NCBI GenBank assembly: GCA_964592485.1
Contig: CAZQEY010000003.1
Coordinates: 12,218-76,217 of the forward strand
Length of the DNA: 64,000 bases
Reading direction: 5' to 3'
DNA from: an uncultured Planctomycetales bacterium
Lineage (GTDB): Bacteria > Omnitrophota > Gorgyraeia > Gygaellales > JAHJCI01
Positions within the stretch are counted from its first letter, which is position 1, and the number at the start of each line of letters is the position of its first letter. Both the position numbers and the translations under genes were made by a program. The notes beneath the pieces were generated by a model, which worked only from the letters and a program-made list of their open reading frames with translations, was not told where the DNA came from and did no database searches. Of the stretch, positions 24,001 to 26,458 are shown piece by piece.

Positions 24001-24552
24001 AATAATCCTTACACTGTCAGATTACTGGATTGGAATCTTGATGAAGAGTTTCTCATCCTGGAGTATATCGACGGGTATTCACTCGAAGAAGTCGGCATGG
24101 CATTGAGAGAGTTTGGGGCGTGGACCAATGAACATATAATTGAGCTTCTACTGGCCGTGCGGGCAGTCGGAACCGCGCTGCTGTATACAGCCCGAACCTA
24201 TGAAACTCAATTGACAGATGCGTCAGGTCCCGGGAATAGTATGTTAACTTGGGAAAGTGGAGCAGTTAAGTTGTGTGATTTTGAATATGCCTTTCCCGGA
24301 CGATACCCACCTAGTCTCGGCTGGCAAATAGGACATATGCTCTATGATATAGTTACGGGACAACTCATTTATGATAAATTTATCCCTGTTCGCTATTTGA
24401 CACCGGGGGTTCCTGAAGAATTGAATAAGTTGATTTCTGACTTAATCGGAGTGAATCCAGAAGGCGTTGTTGATGTGGGTTACACCCCGAGAAACCAAGA
24501 GGCGTTCAAGAAACTCGATGAAGCCATTGCCGCTTTGCACGATAAACGATAA
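1..24552 (+). CDS. Giant multi-domain, multi-enzyme protein, 5'-truncated by the window edge (at least 8183 aa)
   Basis: Frame +1 has no stop from base 1 (EECEQLEKEF...) through the Met at 73 to TAA at 24550-24552. More than 20 recognisable enzyme or binding motifs lie in this one frame. Confidence 0.95.
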   Translation, partial: EECEQLEKEFKGFEEKSGDSRKIEMEFRDGNIIETSKSRYHLLEKLTETEKSVVNQISMEIKGIKTEREKGKISRSLGVFRASPPIRIVRILKALRIHPGQRFLDLGSGNGIVVFLASILCGVRGVGIEGNPYLFNKSRLAQERFENEGTLRHGETEFILGDFLKEDWDSYDIIFYYSFGSHQSTEIEEKVLKEAKIGARFVVLGSRRFAWKNYNRYEDFSRLINSKEFSFQTEPDLGAWIFTRLNKNEGSDLQEVKETQKLKEALSRDYKAIAIDFDGTIYDAKMSKEEFEELLEVLVDILKSGKNLAIVTSGRPEYVEELLVSKLRSHPRVTKENLNQIDIYHSGGASGYNAATEKVHYEKEFPDALRQEAARLFSGNPHLTCDEAEWKSYFKQPKYSDTLALDADSHLSFTLYKITLIPKDKGLIAQYQKILKELVTKYGLNLNVKATSIAVEIIPKGVGKMLAVADLMRRLKVESSQIAKIGDRGDPEGNDYEFLKEEGSFSVDQYDPANPNQICIPLINGLRGPTATLWLLRRLAINNTLASKQPGLGPGTWDSIVMPSDLIEVQVYVDDEGRVFVEYDGQRLEVARVDKPNEIFGMSIRNWLKEKGLRADYDAFTDEEKGRKFSIGNALRRKANRGLRNRNGLYEVRAEIVRYISWAKSGPQPTWSKMNSAMYVGMPLSNLIYWYAEEQVAMLKLFGKKALPITDHKRMAFIDWVQGLSFWDLPIWPVTESGQIDTGLIKWFNVPKMRAPPEYFKAKKITLREFIDKKPQAQGVGRSNDSTKGSPADCLNTLYNNKNFKENPVSVNELVSQRAYSQRAYSETTIRAELSSLIAIGLVEVDKTQKPYRYYLSDILKRAPPEIIKEICDLPELNLYQIPSQEIPQLKNKLTEILEPSELVSLKRRVFKDKALSGEIERIFGSYDNFALALFNPQEFLEKHKSESALLAELSQFLSRLLVNNEVLGEIPVCEFPLARAYVERLFAATGLVRGNLDELLSNRALYKENRENNLEAIADVYGIDMCLVTYLDIRYSGVTIIGENAGLEFVVDGKYRTGRFVLGDNIYLFTKQVFLGESPYAYSKETGKIYYYGQELPYKVTPVEQKAGTWRSPTTGAKHWYFKIKYWENEADTIDEEQLTDYSSLTLNFRDFCLNMCPFCWRAYREELRAFGKELMRQKNITVDQGIDMLKKAHGKNVLTKVKEISVVQAGFVKEEEELDYLEELIIKLRKEGFKGRIMVSTSFVRNPNAYARLKDLGYDMSEYNFPLEAFTNRETVLSRRKAAPFKKVLRTLIIAKQHYRTVRVWLLAGLADNLRDYERFFAILSKNKIDAQIGMYFPMLPRQIGLLSNDMVRDQENNGHIRFLLDVVRLANRYSIARPESSRNNAIWPAYMDRFIYQDSILLTKNEVSFGRKGILTLKRFIKNGDFINKDSLLAPLRREVEKQGRILLGSIEGRQIYAYVGKEFKGSLVDMIQDRFDEKYGWIFAAYLVEAKTGKRGEIPIRMFRIEPDKPNYFEITDPTEKRMITEEGEIVIRKDKLDNSGSLNKGKLPHPKFYQYPNAEVEYKALVVDGEEIILEVRIFWKGEIIIKKLSTVRDSKTRKLLFSFIKNFHKFHIKQHKDIIIRRQLDKRARLDILGQMPWTGLPKGLNLDYAWVDVKIEDAGKIVDVMFIEDSQGRSVLNINGEPFKIVIGENLQEQLSRIAPRKERRIGVFDAKTDKLIASYEEMSPEELALITEEQYLIIRLGKRGRLAIGGKDWGDFHLFPGAKVRLICSEGKVKVVKFIADREGKPILDKQGKALEIKIGEDVLKQLREKLPYFQVRSTKELLSADRVYALIEMLLNPEIGTETKKHIHSLLKKAAEDERYVDEFQSLLEEPEKVSKEKVADTVIVFLDTKVGRGLISTIEATNLRRFAKDESGVLEAIKIYLSSDMSDEATKIKIRLFGAAREFPQEISDTIEKIRLQKDGKQVIRKLERSAGGGVFFNLIKNGLSLKGIINNNRTNSIMLYSAILPPQLASWINKRLLPLLRNAALTGIKFLNSILGEREKIIKEGSDTGELMNIISQTKGQFKLAQRVLNLMDIGIVTDSSLLVTQLMEAFSKEYDLPDTVKLLFSSPSFIYNYFSRLSEEEFYPKSKEFSPKDTALIVVDIQKDFCEDREGFAYANRQKAKARDDVSAIQYMINNNLLPLIEMARKVNMHTLYIQADYRQRQFPDMPKLCLKGTEGWEFYKLSPQGEKEAVFSKSTYDLFSNPQVMKYLKRHNIRNILISGLTTDTCVRTSAISPLAKTFKVYVIGDCVVTAGYKLLTKHLPTLEYFKEATSIPRLIFLPNISFYTSSRSGSCASGKIKGIIAEEVKKLNDAGLRYGNEVTEALLKLAEDWNLDKLKEALEESRRYSEQRSPALLAMELQTISSLAQLIENKIKHSESASTLDNILQDNEADCLGYTQLLCILGKAVGFKVSPVEIKNLLPYFSDQAMLHVCCLFELSNGQKVMVDLGVEPTIISSAFAMDEEYELIDGTDYYEIRKENNPFRLYRRIRFLGYKGLVSILYTNLGLGFVDEGELSLAIGSYDKAIDLDSRNARAYYSRADANVSLGNVILAASDFEEAVRLDPRDEMTHCNLGNIKLAGGQLGEAKAKFDEAINLKPDFALAYWLRGKVLEQLGDVRRAKKDRNRALKLDSSLSSKIQPPIISNEVYMKTIYLLTHPFYILPSDMMGKWKRFVDWVAEDQKGCLIFVAQNQAPFKTSVLETELANYASDKLGKRFILVREFSEQLSKEIKAIGNFNPKEVRIKSIGQLTNICVRIYTRILQEKLRIPTENVEILREIPQEVETAEGQTLSSEQEATPEIIKKSALMKIKKFMVLPGIRTFIKYQLYVLLPLIGLDLLSKLLIQHFVPDIMTLAPGAQLDLGLYNYPSLGPFYFFPIYHTQPGILESIFGPQAYFSSPLLLIPVFALYIYVQVRWLHICFQDFLKNQNHRFRLSYALPSVLIAGVLGNMVSPLITQGKRLDFIGIGPSISHLADFMLWLGVIIGMVTIVRYFMASRREKKTRRGSLAECLRDLSQANRPLTSAELQERRGVRKETGKFFHRSVFNKELEGLMKLGLVGIGKDKITGKPNYYLTEVLRRAPPKTRKKIIERLIREIPALNLSDLSRISPEEIEQIKNKVEKILKQETSSPRLEEIIDAIPEGSPFSIVYEGGKSEISMIDLPSWSGNEDFLSQVEKGSSALGRRDIGVYASYFVKVFERVTGRNLNTIIGKEDMLIIGPGNSLKEALYFIQGFPSVRKVVIVDWYKQNIRDIFKELSHQSEEIREKIELYCLDIRKTPFKNGHFRLVFSCNALMDDLLSPEALKEAWGEIHRVLKPQGIFLGMATPIEFIEDNFEYIPKYYRPGVNLAIKKGERQEQGPRGYVVVLYQQRFGDRIINDVKAEISALRPDFLCLPEYYFIPRLVRFVNPAEVERYLEKAADFCLKEYERLRLLSAELSTVIIAGSLIEKAEEGFYNTCYILNRGVEVGKHRKVNLDETEIKYGLLPGQEYSVFEIEGLRIAVLLCKDVLDPEALKELEKKNPDLIFFPFVSPDCKNSFDYLSTGRAFLKAIKKNGWYVIKVGGVGSLLGEERRGRSRVFSQKGILLKAEDEQRDEIISFEIDIARKPPHQMPETSDQERNKLRIAIEHEQAGTAALEKEGYVYAIAAFRLALNHLPKGEEYEVHRRRIEGRIEDAKRLANLKNQESVRMRGHDGRLHSSLGQNIFGIDRARVSGVRQELNSSLLPFDERRVWHYSGGQEARERLELKQNQARIRKGEICNLLNDKQAEFFKSFKQKFPDYRKRCVAASRAVGLMLSKEFAIPIEGNSSNRIEIEVCPYRDIGSYDLYHEVLVIYRDGKKWLFVYPVLGLFHPGLEGQIICDEYLHLSEYGFSHYSRADWRRGWDERIEQIADEVSGIRPQLEGLLNNPASNTRNEAIDELLRSREYKEKQKISLFLNRVMQDDNDSVRQKAKTAILTLWHIIEARQDSNRESLIAFFEDISQELTELEFESLLDILASSSFTNQGRYALNRLYLDRLTSTNPKVKIEVDERILEADNIVLYLEIIKRQLSRISQPDSLNLEIVFLNSQGAFKDRVLESGVVLRRYGVNGPRQILINVAAFKHDGAFLVDIKELFEKEMVGIVNQCIKDEGWDFEFADTGRTTLEDFVPLNESLIWNISNLYWQLIGKDSFADSSDEFFPDFSMHLKKVYRGLYVDRAFADACAQKLFNYLCELEKSNNLPEDIIIQEWGAGEGTFAGMFLDAIKQLSEKKVEQKGGINFYERLTYVMGDISTKMLEDIRDREWYPEHKDRIEFSVMDAANPSSRYQGRTLLLINSYLYCVMPARVIAKKDGRFYEMYARTYLNNEIVIKTQNGEKVSADEFKDILINRDIQRLSNLDPYFWGALNYQETYREINLGDYAWGNCVAEVTKDREDCRIPVNVQALESLEKSLDLLDRERGRIWIFELTLSENMLKSPLTGPMNLGPTLAIPVNTSSLEYVVNKKNGWELTIAPSTAFLQEERAKLYTYIEIKPNNGRRYLEGWDGKIEISIPQDWDHMVASTLGRFKPLFIKEAIEDGLTRESGRFLTEVFVKMGIEPKQVEFIKLSLAQEGPSYGVFRAEVKLNNGEVRCFGLNVVLNDGLNKDLELDYQNLAFLYELQNGIGLKFVSQPFSMGRGRFKIKSGETIEMAFFAIEWLSDFMELHKYRYINEGKFYLLSNYIRGKTNIYEKYLNEQESASIRKKIIALFTLIFASTFEEDKGGLVIKRFNINNGDIMVRDQGEGNSDVCLVAARELIRLNNPKEFIDYLLGYENTEFVAIDILEGGNVVVSRTERFKLYEDVSEIREGIIDGLVRLYGEKDGQDLAQAWFDDYSGDKFGLSLGRSRERVAHYSDGEKARQNNESKPIFIGEFEKYIQMEPDKFRKVISQLQSEPLNIQQEEEVSRFCNALIELMMLKTQYRQDLRENKESRLCETYNEQKANEVLLKYGFDVRINTESHPLPKDISDINPLLREQMPSYHKYLVVKIAGYDFVIDLTADQFEPIKKDVYRNLGVVVIPYSIVLNNSERFWMYLGGVHNHVEWNQGKDFSLPDSAEAHFNKNSRGKKQNKFSLTKPVGIDSLRERLRKRLENDSLYLLTGDMAEWGREEFEKVEKMSKEEILNEATRLVREMGYLDFDASQMLKHKAGVQLLWDDILAQSIFALDSLGELYQREEAGVSDETRGKIETTTKRSVYRHEILIRAWNIVIESQDTNISKGEGVLSLELHDEVNEVVRTAWNEKEGRIAWGESTDWPKAEEDGIAKANGAVAILKEKDIKVKLPNKLGKLKLAEEIETEEAGKKINVIFIITPDQSAALILKGPYTYQVSHAGVRYSSIYIAQPFYKELTENELAGLIGREIIEQSAKRIAREKGIPWSDSLAKAVEKAAQKAEIKLCGRSVNSRERSRIDDKIDTIVRLPSLRVLAEKAKMQEPEKIQPILFMALRDRSPLLRDEARRILTEIFGMEEKDLRLVEYRKLLRPMDLNIYFNLRYSDGGSGLKAGKYFKEPKFKGLALVIPMGGRKPLRPDTGERAILVAEKEVTIGGRRLKARVYNFVYRYSDSVINTPFIPPQGSHLWDAEHATVFTDENEQIVKVETGYHNSFYLYYPKALQFDAQGRLLVFSAAGSQGSVANTRDFIFDLDSARSNFRNPQVFCSEDYAVSLGEIDFSLASDDGRHFTNTDILLPPFKEYVLNPESIKPTAEFKRLRRATIKKWILILRASLDSLLRPLRSLAKKFSGQGAEGERKLQEQVLKALRKESKKATGTEMLSLSEIASRAGILGYKPVERVREAVRALMSEGLVIEVKVGGKKGYYLKGAKKLIPLKGSIAEYILLLWKFRDELKGRAILQSERENNIIGDKVISYETAKQLKRALQLLDLLDEKNKITAKLLSITEEQIRQIPSIDELNRSPLRIINLKKHKNSFDKLTQRIDELLGADSNLSETAESDAQLKKIAEAKPFYIFYKDGRFHLEKLNLPSWRRDKDYIEQGEDLLGRPFGLRGIADFTNAFFKENVEPFLKEHTLPPLGDYLKGEDVLILGSGANIYEVLYFAENFPMIRKIVVCDWSKRGIAGLYHLLSGYPAEFKEKVELYCIDIKNTPFPSGRFNLAFADNTLSRDFQSAEARSEMIREISRILKPGAIFSPWAVLPPYNIEALCQENGIDLVKVDEKSGDFVGIKADMNMNRAAKNVSRKWPQRVPEKRRSKYVNQPAYEYRVVDGSRLQRPIQDESINLSQKGLRIREDILKRFLELITRIAYPNAPPFTLSIDPSIPTYAQTEIENRKVILHPAWFELPTFKQFIILYHEIISHLKKQISSEFLALIHTFLSLIPFGILRLAIQMMSVRKKEEVTDYELTKITARADEAAKFIIDHNFMSLNKVRYLLAIGAMLPKNNQKRRCLYIASGGDYSTSQIVSKAIETICIDRLPFEPSEGLSERKLNSYRKAYLKKRYYGNFASSKRGARSSLLREIGAKQYLLWELEMMGAREIVVVSDTDTKINRISFLLPGESIEKSIIYLEKDFCDIEANPQTLIALIQKGLDSCILKASDGLRISGPIADMIVTHMNPGGMFFLDRATFDHPNLEEIDERRMKEIRYFEGMGYAFGYHKISLKVANRSKDADSSPSEVGESDAQLKKIPEAKSFGGISPLRQRQSEVAQQSKNDSKRNFWRIVKKLLPFILLLPIMPGLMVNTSGAEESNSVLKDSSELARSADKLAKLLYELTGIEKAIWQRALRKFTIEEITLLSRRINSHGLFNSLLILFCLDNYINEEKYETEENESVGALVLVLNYFTEKDIEKFILEKEHREDFEQVKRLYIWDQWERIISGRYSEQYTSDEIARESGVRQDIIKRYRDLIRRHILRMQKFDWAVGCRERIRAEGRLRGWNEEQLRTELGIIHKGVTGWTGRRIWPVYVKRAAEIFGKEVSFLMYGEAKSVLFKGLPFNKRFELLRYEKGLTREELAGQLEIATDKVISWESAKSKLSLESIRLLSEKFNLEVSELIYGLKRAEALKIFPLGKRIQLLRLEKGWTIEELAVRCGVSPSTVNRWERGPREPLPENIQALIGALGDELFGRELNKSKKRKEATLPQRRDGLNRKNTKKRIILTNIKIGVVKEIIEGEKRVALTPREVEILVGEGFDVTVEAGAGQACDFSDEDYLKAGAKIGTKDDVWSKDLIVKVKEPQEEEMQFIKNGQIIFAFLHLAAPVNRILTETFMKKGATAVAFETIVKEEKAPILAEMSKIAGPLAAEQGQFYSKKEKSKFIILGGGVVGQNAAERANQLGNEVIIIELDAQRRKELRSYFRSKRLNIIVKESWADAKKIAQDLFRDLQNADVIIGAVYNKQGSQAPILIDEELLSRLGGSKVIVDVSVDQGGNIYGSRPTTLEEPTFIDKYGNIRFCVRDIPSLKAKEASIGLAAAVLPYVKALAATGLEEAVKDYPELTEGINILQGKLLNRAVAKAHNFSEQLNLDLEGFGLDLRIKIGTSQDLRWDAKLDLIRDYQHLENLILDPAKRIFWVDDHQFSALGAWLALRLGWIKKKSKAIIIDSHWDVKNPDFKPKKDASLEYLSDYVKRLNINNWLMPLVYDGVIDEREIYIIDNRVSEEPLTQTFKYFDKDINIHMFNLANFPMELLKDTPQDQLMLLIDADKNTPDYYLDQLSPLVDSPVEFASKMRPFMEKAGFMSLSLSPYWINPVDALNFAYALDGREDLLLEDEARLKEYKRIGYSPHIKMDWATHGMLEQPDAFRLIVSRFGIGSLSRYGLRRLKKLSRVKGIGRIPRFELWAYLDWYTPEEIGVVLKNYGPEGLIKYFTAQDKKSYQVWENPFYNPEDFTLVAQPGVASSFPALARLVRQYRATKALQPEEISPEQIISGHRGRQYRVFSKLRDESERGANSDIYLAVDLKTNRTVIVKETKPKFKGRGIRSERWIADERRALHRNRNNPYTVRLLDWNLDEEFLILEYIDGYSLEEVGMALREFGAWTNEHIIELLLAVRAVGTALLYTARTYETQLTDASGPGNSMLTWESGAVKLCDFEYAFPGRYPPSLGWQIGHMLYDIVTGQLIYDKFIPVRYLTPGVPEELNKLISDLIGVNPEGVVDVGYTPRNQEAFKKLDEAIAALHDKR
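220..740 (+). other. Giant-protein domain: class I SAM methyltransferase, DOT1-like
   Basis: FLDLGSGNG (307-333), then GVGIE, FILGDFL and YDIIFYYSF. Confidence 0.75.
781..1620 (+). other. Giant-protein domain: HAD superfamily hydrolase (IIB, phosphomannomutase-like)
   Basis: Motif I IAIDFDGT, motif II VTSGR, GVGK, and motif IV IGDRGDPEGND. Confidence 0.85.
3400..4150 (+). other. Giant-protein domain: radical SAM
   Basis: CxxxCxxC motif CLNMCPFC at 3460-3483, followed by an alternating alpha/beta partial-barrel pattern. Confidence 0.8.
6420..6965 (+). other. Giant-protein domain: isochorismatase/nicotinamidase-like cysteine hydrolase
   Basis: TALIVVDIQKDF ... FSKSTYDLF ... ISGLTTDTCVRTSA gives the D-K-C triad. 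Confidence 0.9.
7200..8050 (+). other. Giant-protein domain: transglutaminase-like fold followed by TPR repeats
   Basis: ADCLG ... HVCC ... VMVDL (C-H-D), then about four TPRs (YDKAIDLDSRNARAYYSRA, AINLKPDFALAYWLRG). Confidence 0.8.
8620..9135 (+). other. Giant-protein domain: lipoprotein signal peptidase II (LspA)-like membrane domain
   Basis: Four hydrophobic segments with LDLLSK, AGVLGNMVS, GKRLDFI and SHLADF, matching LspA DQxSK, GAxGN, VVDFI and FNxAD. Confidence 0.65.
9540..10200 (+). other. Giant-protein domain: class I SAM methyltransferase (copy A)
   Basis: MLIIGPGN, VVIVDW, DIRKTPF and EIHRVLKPQG. Confidence 0.85.
10230..10960 (+). other. Giant-protein domain: carbon-nitrogen hydrolase (nitrilase superfamily)
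   Basis: CLPEY ... YNT ... HRKVNL ... LLCKD gives the E-K-C triad. Confidence 0.9.
12550..13680 (+). other. Giant-protein domain: NDUFAF7/MidA-like SAM methyltransferase
   Basis: IIIQEWGAGEGTFAGMFLD ... FYERLTYVMGDIS. Confidence 0.75.
18060..18730 (+). other. Giant-protein domain: class I SAM methyltransferase (copy B, paralogue of copy A)
   Basis: VLILGSGAN, IVVCDW, DIKNTPF and EISRILKPGA. Confidence 0.85.
20790..21400 (+). other. Giant-protein domains: tandem XRE/Cro helix-turn-helix array
   Basis: RFELLRYEKGLTREELA...VISWES and RIQLLRLEKGWTIEELA...VSPSTVNRWERG, with a more diverged copy upstream. Confidence 0.85.
21500..22580 (+). other. Giant-protein domain: alanine dehydrogenase-like (AlaDh/PNT N and C domains)
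   Basis: KIGVVKE..GEKRVALTP, VKVKEP, FLHLAA, GGGVVG and VDVSVDQGG. Confidence 0.9.
22700..23300 (+). other. Giant-protein domain: UPF0489/arginase-deacetylase-like
   Basis: WVDDH, IIIDSHWD, INNWLMP and LLIDAD. Confidence 0.65.
23780..24549 (+). other. Giant-protein C-terminal domain: Ser/Thr protein kinase-like
   Basis: GANSDIYLAVD, VIVKE, LILEYIDG, DASGPGN and VKLCDFE. Confidence 0.8.
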
Positions 24553-24659
24553 ACAGATGATAGTGATAGACGATAGCCATAGGCAGAGACGTTTTCCGGT
24601 TCAAACTGGAAACTGCACCTTCAAGCACAGCGCAGAGGCAGTTTCCCGATTGGGGTGGA

Positions 24660-24827
24660 AAGCGTCTGTAAAGAGAAAGGAGTGAGGCAAGATGAAAGTA
24701 ATGGATTCTAAAATACAAATTGGACCAATAATCCTTGGTATAAAAGCGTCTGTAAGGAGAAAGAAACGAGGTAAGATGAAAGTAATGGATTCCAAAATAC
24801 CAATTGGATTAATAATCCTTAGTATAG
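24660..24827 (+). repeat. 84-bp tandem duplication spanning an RBS and gene start
   Basis: AAGCGTCTGTAA..GATGAAAGTAATGGATT..ATAATCCTT.GTAT occurs twice at an 84-bp offset, giving in-frame ATGs at 24692 and 24776. Confidence 0.9.
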
Positions 24828-25264
24828 CAGCAATCCTGATGGATTGTTATGTTGGATATGCATTTTTTCTAATGCTGGCAATGTCCCCAGCAGTTTATTT
24901 GTCTCCCATATTATTTTTAGCTATATCACTTTTCTTATTGCTACTTTTTATCAGCTCCATCATCGGTTTATTCCGATTAAAGAGATGGGCATACAATACA
25001 TTCGTTATGCTGACGTTAGTATTTAATTCATTATCACTTTTAATGGATATGGAGTATTTTATTAGAAGCGGGTATATTACTCTACAGACTCCACAGGTTT
25101 TCCTGATAGCTTTCATCGTAATATTTCTCTTTTATTTCCTTAAGCCCTCGACAAGCAGCTTGTTTGGGAAAAAAGAAGAATGTGGAATAAGAAACCCAAT
25201 ATCTCACCTCGCAGGTGCATGCAAAGGCATTAAGCAGGCAAGACAGAGACGCCTTCCGGTTTAA
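24692..25264 (+). CDS. 4-TM membrane protein of unknown function, copy 1 (alternative start 24776)
   Basis: ORF with an AAGGAG RBS, four hydrophobic helices and a GLFRLKRWA motif. Near-identical to the next gene. Confidence 0.8.
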   Translation: MKVMDSKIQIGPIILGIKASVRRKKRGKMKVMDSKIPIGLIILSIAAILMDCYVGYAFFLMLAMSPAVYLSPILFLAISLFLLLLFISSIIGLFRLKRWAYNTFVMLTLVFNSLSLLMDMEYFIRSGYITLQTPQVFLIAFIVIFLFYFLKPSTSSLFGKKEECGIRNPISHLAGACKGIKQARQRRLPV

Positions 25265-25394
25265 AGCAAAGCGAAGCGGAAAGCGTCCTTGAGTATAGAA
25301 ATTGATAAAAAACACCTTCCAACACAACGTAAAAGCAGTTTCCCGATTGGCGGGAAAGCGTCTGTAGGGTGTAAAGAGAAAGGAGTGAGGCAAG

Positions 25395-25832
25395 ATGAAA
25401 CTGATGAACCCTAAAATACCAATTGGATTGATAATACTTAGTATAGTAGCAATCCTGATGGACTGTTATGCCGGATATGCATTTTTTATTATGTTAGCAA
25501 GGCATACAGCAGTTTATGTATCCCCCATATTATTTTTAGCTACATCACTTTTCTTATCGGTAGTTTTTATTATTCCCATCATTGGTTTGTTCCGATTAAA
25601 GAGATGGGCATACAATACATTCGTTATGCTGACATTGATATTTAATTCGTTGTTACTTTTAATGGATATGGAGTATTTTATTAGAAAAGGGTATATTACT
25701 CTACAGGCTCCACAGGTTTTCCTGATAGCTTTCATCGTAATATTTCTCTTTTATTTCCTTAAGCCCTCGACAAGCAGCTTGTTTGAAAAAAAAGAAGAGT
25801 GCAGAGTAAGAGACCAATATTACATCTGGTAG
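25395..25832 (+). CDS. 4-TM membrane protein of unknown function, copy 2
   Basis: Close paralogue of 24776-25264 with an identical FLIAFIVIFLFYFLKPSTSSLF segment. AAGGAG RBS. Confidence 0.85.
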   Translation: MKLMNPKIPIGLIILSIVAILMDCYAGYAFFIMLARHTAVYVSPILFLATSLFLSVVFIIPIIGLFRLKRWAYNTFVMLTLIFNSLLLLMDMEYFIRKGYITLQAPQVFLIAFIVIFLFYFLKPSTSSLFEKKEECRVRDQYYIW

Positions 25833-26019
25833 GATGACGCAAAGGCATCAAGCATCATTTATTAGATAATGGAAGAATGAAAGAAAAAAGATATCTTCCA
25901 ACGCAATGCAGAGACAGTTTCCTGATTGGCGTGGGAGGCGTCTGTAAGGGGGGTGAGGCAGGATGGGGGAATAAGTGTTATTGGGTTAGGCAGCAAGGCA
26001 GCGACTATAGATAATTGCG

Positions 26020-26048
26020 TTGACTTGCTGTGGAATTTATGTTAAATT
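26020..26048 (+). promoter_or_regulatory. Putative sigma70 promoter for the PilZ/glycan locus
   Basis: TTGACT-17 bp-TAAATT with an extended -10 TG. Confidence 0.5.
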
Positions 26049-26085
26049 AACAAAGTTAAAGTCACGGAGAAAAGGCAGGTATTCC

Positions 26086-26415
26086 ATGGAAAATAATAAT
26101 TCAATTGATCGGCGCGCATTTGCCCGAATCCCCGCCGCACTCTCGATAAGATTTTTGCCTTCAGGAAGGAGAAAAAAATGCCGGGGACAGACAATAGATG
26201 TTAGCGCTACGGGCATAGGTTTGCTGAGTAAGAAGAAGCTTACTCCTCGGACATCATTAGAGATGTGGCTGGATTTACCGCATAACCGGGGCCCCTTTTA
26301 TACGCGAGGAGAGGTCGTCTGGTCTGACTCATTGACTGATGCACCCGAATATCGCGTTGGCGTTTGTCTGGAGAGAGCTGAACTTATGGGTTTAGCGCCA
26401 GTATTGTGGAAATAG
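26086..26415 (+). CDS. PilZ domain protein (c-di-GMP receptor)
   Basis: RRAFAR (RxxxR) and DVSATG (DxSxxG). ATG 26086 is preferred over TTG 26020, which coincides with the -35 box. Confidence 0.9.
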   Translation: MENNNSIDRRAFARIPAALSIRFLPSGRRKKCRGQTIDVSATGIGLLSKKKLTPRTSLEMWLDLPHNRGPFYTRGEVVWSDSLTDAPEYRVGVCLERAELMGLAPVLWK

Positions 26416-26458
26416 TAAAACAATTTAAAGGAAAAGGCGTCGGAAAAGATTAATAGGC

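Larger units (their letters stand above)
24617..25965 (+). repeat. Three copies of a ~75-85 bp hairpin/RBS leader (24617-24694, 25314-25397, 25893-25965)
   Basis: Shared core CAGTTTCCYGATTGG..GG(A/G)A(A/G)GCGTCTGTA..GTGAGGCA(A/G)GATG. Each copy ends in an ATG. Confidence 0.85.

Noticed and set aside
1-24552. Giant ORF as NRPS/PKS, RTX/adhesin, or a stop-codon-recoding artefact
   Set aside because: No condensation, adenylation, ketosynthase or carrier motifs and no Ig/RTX repeats are present. The frame is open under the standard code and neighbouring genes use all three stop codons.
24617-24694. Leader as a c-di-GMP riboswitch, given the nearby PilZ gene
   Set aside because: The GEMM-I consensus (GGCAAACC..GAAA..GGACGCAAAGC) is not present and no known riboswitch could be matched by eye.
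24617-25965. Repeated leader as integron attC sites or a CRISPR array
   Set aside because: There is no complete RYYYAAC/GTTRRRY pair, no integrase or cas gene in the window, and the intervening sequences are paralogous genes, not unique spacers.
26416-26458. LacI operator before the GH94 gene
   Set aside because: Only a weak AT-rich pseudo-palindrome without the central CG typical of LacI-family sites.
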